Of a DNA stretch of 64,000 nucleotides, positions 56,792 through 64,000 are shown piece by piece; positions within the stretch are counted from its first letter, which is position 1, and each line of letters begins with the position of its first letter. The notes beneath the pieces are model-generated. The model was not told the DNA's origin. It searched no databases and worked only from the letters and a program-made list of their open reading frames with translations. Position numbers and translations under genes: made by a program. The stretch covers positions 19,089 through 83,088 of the forward strand of contig SUXX01000005.1 of NCBI GenBank assembly GCA_015060735.1, read 5' to 3'. The DNA is from Bacteroides sp. Lineage in GTDB: Bacteria > Bacteroidota > Bacteroidia > Bacteroidales > Bacteroidaceae.

Positions 56792-58981
56792 TTATTTCGT
56801 AAACAACAGTTCGCGATATTTAGGTAAAGGCCAAATTTCGTCGTCTATTTCCAATTCCAGATGGTCGATGTGTTCGCGTATTTTTTCCAGATACGGGCTT
56901 ACGTGTTCTTCGTAACTGAAAGCCTTTTCTACCTGGCTTCCCAAGCGGTTGGAAATCTTGCGAGCTTCGGTCATTTCTCTCACCAGTTGCTTGATGGCAA
57001 GGATGTGTTGTTGAATTTCTTTTACCAGTGCCTTGCGGTCGGAACCCAATTCCTCGTATTCCTCGGGGCTGAATGTTTCTCTAAGTCCGCGAAGGTTTTC
57101 CAACAGGCGGTTTTGGTAGATGACGGCTGTGGGCACGATGTGGTTGATGGCCAAATCACCCAGAATGCGGCTTTCTATCTGTACCTTCTTGGTGTATTTT
57201 TCCAGTTCTACTTCGATGCGACAAATCAGCTCGTTCTCATTGAAAATCTTTTCGTCCAGCAGTACGCTGCGTGACTGGGGAGCGTTGAATTTCATGATTG
57301 CCTCGGGCACATGGCAGATATTGGTCAGGCCACGTTTCAAGGCTTCTTCCTTCCATTCTTCGGAGTATCCATCGCCTTCAAAGCGGATGTTCTTTGAGGC
57401 AATGATGGTTTCTTTCAGTACCTTGTACAGGGCTTCTTCTTGTTCGATTCCTTCGGCAATCAAGGCGTCAATCTGTGCCTTGAATTCGTTAAGCTGATGG
57501 GCCATGGCAGCGTTGATGACAATCATCGAAGCGGCACAGTTGGCCGATGCACCGGCTGCACGGAACTCGAATCGGTTACCCGTGAAGGCAAACGGTGAGG
57601 TGCGGTTACGGTCAGTGTTGTCGAGTAGGATAGCCGGGATTCGGCTAATGCCCAATTGTAAAGCTTTCTTTTCGTCGGCGGTCAGTTTGGCATCGCCCAG
57701 TCGTTCGGCTACTTCGTCGAGCATGTGCGTGAGGTGTCCGCCCAAGAAGATGGAGAGAATGGCCGGAGGTGCTTCGGCTGCACCTAGTCGGTGACTGTTC
57801 CCGGCACTCACGATGGAGGCACGAAGCAAGTCCTGGTTCTTGTAAACCATCATCAGTACGTTCACTACGAAGGTCAGGAAGAGCATGTTGCCCTCGGCCG
57901 TTTTGGTGGGGGCAAAGAGGTTGATGCCTGTATCGGTACAGAGCGACCAGTTGTTGTGCTTGCCGCTTCCGTTCACGCCCTTGAAGGGTTTTTCGTGGAG
58001 CAATACGGTGAATTTATGTTTGGTGGCAATGCGTTTCATCAGGTCCATCACCAGTTGGTTATGGTCATTGGCCAGATTTACGTCCTCGAAGATGGGGGCC
58101 AACTCGAATTGGTTGGGGGCTGCCTCGTTGTGGCGGGTCTTCACGGGGATGCCTAGCTTGTGGCATTCTATTTCGAGCTCTTTCATGAAGTTAGTCACTC
58201 TTGGAGGGATGGAGCCGAAGTAATGGTCGTCCAGCTGCTGATCCTTTGGCGAGGAGTGTCCCATCAGGGTACGTCCGGTGATGCAGAGGTCGGGGCGTGC
58301 ATTGTACAGGGCGGTATCCACGAGGAAGTATTCTTGTTCCCATCCCAGGTTGGCGTGTACGCGTTTCACGTCGGGCACGAACATCCGGCATACGGCGGTG
58401 GCTGCTTTGTCTACGGCTGCCAGAGCCTTCAGTAGGGGAGTTTTGTAGTCCAATGCTTCTCCGGTGTAGGAGATGAAGATGGTGGGGATACAAAGAGTTT
58501 TGTCCACAATAAAGGCGGGCGAGGATACGTCCCAAGCCGTATATCCGCGTGCCTCGAAGGTGTTTCGGATGCCTCCGTTGGGGAAGCTCGATGCATCAGG
58601 CTCTTGCTGGATGAGGAGTTTGCCCGAGAAGCGTTCGATGATGTCTCCTTCGTCGTCGAACTCGATGAATCCGTCATGCTTTTCGGCGGTGCCATCCGTC
58701 AGGGGTTGGAACCAGTGTGTATAGTGGGTTACTTGGAAAGTCTTGGCCCAGCTTTTCATGCCGTTGGCAATCATGTCGGCCATTTCGCGGTTGAAGGGGA
58801 TTCCCTTCTCGATGGCGTTGATGACGGCTTTGTAGGCTTCGCTGGGAAGAAATTCCTGCATCTTCTTACGGTCGAAGACATGTGCTCCGTAATATTCGGA
58901 TAATTTTTGAGTGGGATAATCTACTTGAATCGGGCGTCTGTTGGCCAATTCCTGAAGAGCGAAAAATCTCATTTTTGACAT
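56792..58981 (-). CDS. Glutamine synthetase type III
   Basis: THWFQPLT, EPDASSFPNGGIRNTFEARGYTAWD, NGSGKHNNWS, DRNRTSPFAFTGNRFEFRA. Confidence 0.96.
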   Translation of the reverse strand: MSKMRFFALQELANRRPIQVDYPTQKLSEYYGAHVFDRKKMQEFLPSEAYKAVINAIEKGIPFNREMADMIANGMKSWAKTFQVTHYTHWFQPLTDGTAEKHDGFIEFDDEGDIIERFSGKLLIQQEPDASSFPNGGIRNTFEARGYTAWDVSSPAFIVDKTLCIPTIFISYTGEALDYKTPLLKALAAVDKAATAVCRMFVPDVKRVHANLGWEQEYFLVDTALYNARPDLCITGRTLMGHSSPKDQQLDDHYFGSIPPRVTNFMKELEIECHKLGIPVKTRHNEAAPNQFELAPIFEDVNLANDHNQLVMDLMKRIATKHKFTVLLHEKPFKGVNGSGKHNNWSLCTDTGINLFAPTKTAEGNMLFLTFVVNVLMMVYKNQDLLRASIVSAGNSHRLGAAEAPPAILSIFLGGHLTHMLDEVAERLGDAKLTADEKKALQLGISRIPAILLDNTDRNRTSPFAFTGNRFEFRAAGASANCAASMIVINAAMAHQLNEFKAQIDALIAEGIEQEEALYKVLKETIIASKNIRFEGDGYSEEWKEEALKRGLTNICHVPEAIMKFNAPQSRSVLLDEKIFNENELICRIEVELEKYTKKVQIESRILGDLAINHIVPTAVIYQNRLLENLRGLRETFSPEEYEELGSDRKALVKEIQQHILAIKQLVREMTEARKISNRLGSQVEKAFSYEEHVSPYLEKIREHIDHLELEIDDEIWPLPKYRELLFTK

Positions 58982-59158
58982 TGTAGTCTTATTTATTAGG
59001 GTTGTCGATACAAAAATACTGCTTTTAGTCAAATAATGAGTGATTTGTACGATAAAAATTTGATAAATTTTGGTCATTATTATCGACTTTTTTATTGTGT
59101 ATGTTTTCATTTTTTACATATATTTGTCGTTTGTAAAAACCGATGATAGTTTTGGAGT

Positions 59159-61366
59159 ATGGTTCGAATCATTAAATGTTTACTTGTATGCTGTGTGCTG
59201 ACTCTCTGCACCGGGGGAGTGCTCTGTGCCAAAGAGAGCCAGAAAGAAGCCTACGACAAGCCTTTCGTGCCCGATTCGATTCTTCAGAATGTCTTTCAGT
59301 TTTCGCCTTTCTATTCACGCATCGTGGACGAATACAAGGCCGATGTGTACATGAAGCAACGCGTGAAGGTGCATAAGCAAAACAAGTTGGTGCGATACAT
59401 CCCCTCCATGTTTCGATTGGAGAAGGGAGTAAACGATTACATCCTGGAGTCGCTGAGCGAGATGCATTATCGGGCTCCCGATATATATAATAGAAAGGTG
59501 AAGGCGGTGTCGGGTACATTCCGCCGTAACCGGGGACAACTGACCGACTTGGCCGACTTCTTGAACATGAACATCTACTCCTCCTCCATGATGACCGACA
59601 GGCTGCTTTCGCCCCTCGACAAGGAATCGGCCAAGTATTATACTTATTTATTAGATACCATCGTCGGGCAATCCGAAAGCCAGCAGTACAAGATACGCAT
59701 CATCCCCAAGTTCAAGGGCACGCAGTTAGTGAACGGATACATGTGGGTGAGCGACCAAGTATGGACCATCCGCGAGATACAGCTCGAAGGCAAGTTCGAC
59801 ATGATAGAGTTCAAACTCAAAACCATGATGGGTGAAGAAGGCGATGAAGAATTCCTTCCCATCCAGCTGAATGTGAATTTGATGTTCAAGTTCATGGGCA
59901 ATCATTTGGAACTGGATGCCGAAGCCCGGGTGAAGTACAACGAAGTTGATTTCTACCAAGGCGGCAAGCGTAGAAAGAGCCAAAAGAAACATCACCATGA
60001 CTTGACCGAATTCTATCGTCTGGTGAACGATTCCACCCAAGTGATAACGGACAGGGAAACCTTCGAGGCCATGCGACCTTTCCCCTTGGAAGCCGATGAA
60101 GACTCGCTTTATCGGAATTATTATTTGCGAAGGGACACCATCGCACAGGCGAAGGCGAAAAAAGAAAACGCCAAGACGAAAGCCTCCGAGTTCTGGGGGC
60201 AGTTGGGCGATATGCTTGTTACCAACTACAATGTTAATATTTCGGGCATCGGAAGTGTGCGTTGTTCGCCCTTGCTCAATCCCGTGATGCTGGATTATAG
60301 CCATAGTAAAGGGGTGTCGTACAAGCAGAAATTTAAGTACAATCGTTTGTTTCCTAACGGCCGATTGCTGAAGGTGACACCTCAAGTGGGTTATAACTTT
60401 ACCCACAAAGAACTTTATGTGAAAGCCAATATGGGCTTTACGTATTGGCCTGAGAAACAGGGTGGAATAGAGGTATCGGTAGGTAACGGTAACCGTATCT
60501 ATAGCAGTGTCGTGCTGGATAAACTCAGAGCTTTGCCCGAAAATACCATTGACTTCGACCAAATGGATTTGGATTACTTCAAGGACATGTACCTGAACCT
60601 CTTCCACATCCTTGAGCCGGTGAACGGGCTGCAAATCAAGGCCGGGGTATCCATGCATTGGCGTTCGTTAGTAAATAAAGCTGAAGAAGAACTGAAGGAC
60701 CTCTTTTGGCCACAGATGCAGCTATATGATATCCGTTCGGATTACAACAGTTTCTCGCCCCGCATCCGTGTTGAATGGACGCCGGGCATGTATTATTACA
60801 TGAACGGGCGACGGAAGATGAACGTAGGTTCGAAGATGCCTACCTTTATCCTGGATTACGAACGAGGATTGAAAGGCGTGCTGGGTAGTAACGACGAGCA
60901 CGAACGATGGGAACTGGATGTGCAACAGAAAATCAAGCTTAATCAGATACGTACCATCGGCTACCGTTTGGGATGCGGGATGTTTACCAAGATGGACAAC
61001 GTCTATTTCGTGGACTTTGTAAACTTTTCCCGACGAAACATCCCCGAAGGATGGAACGACGAAATCGGGGGTACCTTCCAGTTGCTGGACAGACGCTGGT
61101 TCAACTCTTCCCGCCAGTATTGGCGAGGCCATGTCAGCTACGAATCGCCCTTCATCCTGCTTCGCCCGTTGAATCGCTGGCTGGGAATGATTCAACAAGA
61201 ACGCCTTTATGGAGGTGTGCTCTTCATGCCCCATTTAAAGCCCTACATCGAGTTGGGTTATGGCTTCGGTACCCACGTATTCGATGTCGGAGCTTTCGTC
61301 AGTTCCATCAACGGCAAGTTTGATACGGTAGGATTTAAGTTCACATTCGAGCTGTTTCAAGACTAA
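59159..61366 (+). CDS. DUF5686-like outer membrane beta-barrel protein
   Basis: Signal peptide; SPL...YTYLL motif; amphipathic strands ending FTFELF. Confidence 0.7.
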   Translation: MVRIIKCLLVCCVLTLCTGGVLCAKESQKEAYDKPFVPDSILQNVFQFSPFYSRIVDEYKADVYMKQRVKVHKQNKLVRYIPSMFRLEKGVNDYILESLSEMHYRAPDIYNRKVKAVSGTFRRNRGQLTDLADFLNMNIYSSSMMTDRLLSPLDKESAKYYTYLLDTIVGQSESQQYKIRIIPKFKGTQLVNGYMWVSDQVWTIREIQLEGKFDMIEFKLKTMMGEEGDEEFLPIQLNVNLMFKFMGNHLELDAEARVKYNEVDFYQGGKRRKSQKKHHHDLTEFYRLVNDSTQVITDRETFEAMRPFPLEADEDSLYRNYYLRRDTIAQAKAKKENAKTKASEFWGQLGDMLVTNYNVNISGIGSVRCSPLLNPVMLDYSHSKGVSYKQKFKYNRLFPNGRLLKVTPQVGYNFTHKELYVKANMGFTYWPEKQGGIEVSVGNGNRIYSSVVLDKLRALPENTIDFDQMDLDYFKDMYLNLFHILEPVNGLQIKAGVSMHWRSLVNKAEEELKDLFWPQMQLYDIRSDYNSFSPRIRVEWTPGMYYYMNGRRKMNVGSKMPTFILDYERGLKGVLGSNDEHERWELDVQQKIKLNQIRTIGYRLGCGMFTKMDNVYFVDFVNFSRRNIPEGWNDEIGGTFQLLDRRWFNSSRQYWRGHVSYESPFILLRPLNRWLGMIQQERLYGGVLFMPHLKPYIELGYGFGTHVFDVGAFVSSINGKFDTVGFKFTFELFQD

Positions 61367-61512
61367 AATCGTTACATAATTAAGTTTTTTTAGTCATTTT
61401 TTTAAAATAAAATCTGATTTAGTTTTGCTTTCCGTATAAAATGGCTAAATTTGAGCGTCGTATATAAATAGGTATGACACCAATCGATTTTAATAACCTT
61501 AAAATAACAACT

Positions 61513-63444
61513 ATGAGTTACTTACGATTTGACAAGACTCTCATGACGAATCTTGAAGAAACTCTGCCAAGAGAAATTCTTCGTACGAACCGTTCGGGAG
61601 CTTACCATTGTACTACCATTGTTGATTGTAATACGAGAAAATACCATGGTTTGCTCGTTATTCCAATTCCGGAACTTGACGACGAAAACCACGTGTTGCT
61701 TTCTTCGCTCGATGCAACGGTAATACAGCATGGTGCAGAATTTAACTTGGGCCTTCATAAATATCAGGGCGACAATTATGCCCCGAGAGGTCACAAGTAC
61801 ATCCGTGAATATGAATGCGAAAAGGTGCCTACTACATGGTATCGTGTAGGTGGTGTAATCCTGAAGAAGGAAACTCTTTTCGAACACTACGAAAACCGCA
61901 TTCTTATCCGTTACACATTGGTAGATGCCCACTCGGCTACTACTCTTCGTTTCCGTCCGTTCCTGGCTTTCCGTAGCGTACGTCAGTACACACACGAAAA
62001 CCCGACTGCTAGCCGCGAATACACAGCAGTGGACAACGGTATCAAGACATGTATGTATGCCGGTTATCCTGACCTCTACATGCAGTTCAACAAAAAGAAC
62101 AACTTCGTATTCCAACCCGACTGGTATCGTGGCATGGAATATCCGAAGGAACAAGAACGTGGTTACGACTTCAACGAAGACCTCTACGTACCGGGTTACT
62201 TCGAAATGGAAATCAAGAAAGGCGAAAGCATCGTCTTTGCAGCCGGTACAAAGGAAGTGAAGACCCGCGGCTTGAAGAAGACTTTCGAAGATGAAATGGA
62301 CGAACGCACACCGCGTGACAACTTCCAGCATTGCTTGATTAATGCAGCTCACCAGTTCACCAACCGTTCGAACGGTGAAGCTTATATCCTGGCCGGTTAT
62401 CCTTGGTTCAAGTGCCGTGCCCGCGACATGTTCATCTCCCTTCCGGGCTTGACACTCGCCATCGGCGAAAAGGCAAAGTTCGAAGAAGTGATGACTACTG
62501 CCTGCAAGGCCCTTCATAACTTCATCAATGACGAACCGGATGACTTGAAAGTATACGAAATGGAACATCCTGATGTCCTTCTTTGGGCTGTATGGTGTAT
62601 CCAGCAATATGCCAAGATGGTATCGAAGGAAGAATGTATCGAAAAGTACGGTGCCGTGCTCGAAGAAATCATGGAATACCTCCGTCGTGAAAACCATCCA
62701 AACCTGTTCTTGCATAGCAACGGTTTGCTATATACCAACGGACACGATCGTGCCGTAACTTGGATGAACTCTACTGCTAACGGCCGTCCGGTTATCCCAC
62801 GTACAGGTTATGTAGTTGAAATCAATGCCTTGTGGTACAATGCTCTTTGCTTCGTTGCCGATTTGTTGGGCGAAAGCTCATTGACTGTAGCTCTGAAGGA
62901 ATTGGCCGAAACAACAGCTGTTTCATTCGTAGATACATTCTTGAATGAACATGGTTACTTGTTGGACTATGTAGACGGTCACATGATGGACTGGAGCGTA
63001 CGTCCGAACATGATTTTCGCTGCTGCCTTCGATTATTCTCCGTTGAATACCCGTCAAAAGAAGGGTGTGGTAGACATCTGTACCAAGGAATTGTTGACCC
63101 CGAAGGGACTCCGTTCACTCAGCCCGAAGAGCGGTGGTTACAATCCTAATTATGTAGGTCCTCAGACCCAACGCGACTATGCTTACCATCAAGGTACTGC
63201 ATGGCCATGGTTGGCAGGTTTCTACTTCGAAGCATACCTTAAGATTTATAAGATGAGTGCCCTCGGCTTCATCGAACGTCATTTGATTGGCTTCGAAGAC
63301 GAAATGACCTCACACTGTATCGGTTCTATTCCAGAAGTGTTCGATGGTAACCCGCCGTTCAAGGGACGTGGTGCCGTATCGTTCGCAATGAACGTAGCCG
63401 AAATCCAGCGTACATTGTATTTATTGAGTAAGTATAATTATTAA
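61513..63444 (+). CDS. Glycogen debranching enzyme (amylo-alpha-1,6-glucosidase)
   Basis: TRKYHGLL, AGYPWF, TWM, VEINALWYNAL, RPN, GLRSLSP, YHQGTAWPWL. Confidence 0.92.
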   Translation: MSYLRFDKTLMTNLEETLPREILRTNRSGAYHCTTIVDCNTRKYHGLLVIPIPELDDENHVLLSSLDATVIQHGAEFNLGLHKYQGDNYAPRGHKYIREYECEKVPTTWYRVGGVILKKETLFEHYENRILIRYTLVDAHSATTLRFRPFLAFRSVRQYTHENPTASREYTAVDNGIKTCMYAGYPDLYMQFNKKNNFVFQPDWYRGMEYPKEQERGYDFNEDLYVPGYFEMEIKKGESIVFAAGTKEVKTRGLKKTFEDEMDERTPRDNFQHCLINAAHQFTNRSNGEAYILAGYPWFKCRARDMFISLPGLTLAIGEKAKFEEVMTTACKALHNFINDEPDDLKVYEMEHPDVLLWAVWCIQQYAKMVSKEECIEKYGAVLEEIMEYLRRENHPNLFLHSNGLLYTNGHDRAVTWMNSTANGRPVIPRTGYVVEINALWYNALCFVADLLGESSLTVALKELAETTAVSFVDTFLNEHGYLLDYVDGHMMDWSVRPNMIFAAAFDYSPLNTRQKKGVVDICTKELLTPKGLRSLSPKSGGYNPNYVGPQTQRDYAYHQGTAWPWLAGFYFEAYLKIYKMSALGFIERHLIGFEDEMTSHCIGSIPEVFDGNPPFKGRGAVSFAMNVAEIQRTLYLLSKYNY

Positions 63445-63458
63445 TAGGAGGAGCCTAT

Positions 63459-64000
63459 ATGAAAGTATTAATGTTTGGATGGGAATTTCCTCCCAAAATT
63501 TTAGGTGGTCTTGCGGTTGCTTCTTATGGTATCACGAAAGGTTTGAGCCTTCAAGGCGATGTAGAAACCACATTCTGCTTGCCGAAGCCCACAGGTGAAG
63601 AAGAAAAGTTCTTGAACATTTTGGGTATGAATCAAGTGCCCATCGTATGGCGTGATGTAGATTACGACTACTTGAAGTCACGCCTGCCTAACTATACCAC
63701 TCCGGAAGAATATTATTCACACCGTGATCATATCTATGCCGATTTCTCATACATGCACGTCAACGACTTGGGATGTATGGAGTTTGCCGGTGGTTATCCG
63801 AAGAATCTTCACGAAGAAATCAACAACTACTCCATCATTGCAGGTGTAGTAGCACGTACCCGTGAATTCGATATCATCCATGCTCACGACTGGTTGACTT
63901 ATCCGGCCGGTGTACATGCTAAGATGGTTAGCGGAAAGCCATTGTGTATTCACGTACACGCTACCGACTTCGACCGTTCTCGTGGTCAGGTGAACCCAAC
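63459..64000 (+). CDS. Glycosyltransferase family 4 (glycogen metabolism), runs off window
   Basis: MKVLMFGWEFPP..GGL; IIHAHDW; HVHATDFDRS. Confidence 0.88.
   Translation, partial: MKVLMFGWEFPPKILGGLAVASYGITKGLSLQGDVETTFCLPKPTGEEEKFLNILGMNQVPIVWRDVDYDYLKSRLPNYTTPEEYYSHRDHIYADFSYMHVNDLGCMEFAGGYPKNLHEEINNYSIIAGVVARTREFDIIHAHDWLTYPAGVHAKMVSGKPLCIHVHATDFDRSRGQVNP

Overview
Bacteroidales chromosomal segment (Bacteroides/Phocaeicola-like; TAnnTTTG promoters). Order of content: a carbohydrate cluster (XylE-type porter, DUF1080, GH78, SGNH, GH29); a repeat-rich spacer; a two-unit tandem array of beta-propeller lipoprotein cassettes with duplicated ends; a core block (tricorn/S41 protease, ruvX, def, thrS-infC-rpmI-rplT, Bacteroidales-1/6S-like RNA, mltG, tRNA-Thr, nucleoside permease, rsmE, dus); a Gfo/Idh/MocA-DUF1080-ApbE sugar redox cluster; an ~11.6 kb integrase-less accessory island (38.9-50.6 kb); then core genes (short guaA with a leader-peptide attenuator, mscL, gap, miaA, Crp, GSIII, glycogen genes). 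The island carries a smalltalk peptide, an HU-like protein, a pair of unknown genes, a DpnII-type RM cassette inserted with a 59-bp duplication, a beta-helix enzyme, a Bro/ANT antirepressor, a YoeB TA pair, a BT4734/VirE-N primase-like gene and a P5-like lytic gene. Most notable: the two unknown island genes share a short beta-prone motif (NHGTMI plus IT.x.D.VN) at the C-terminus of the first and the N-terminus of the second, the layout of amyloid-signalling effector/sensor pairs. All family assignments are from motif recognition by eye; no database searches were run.
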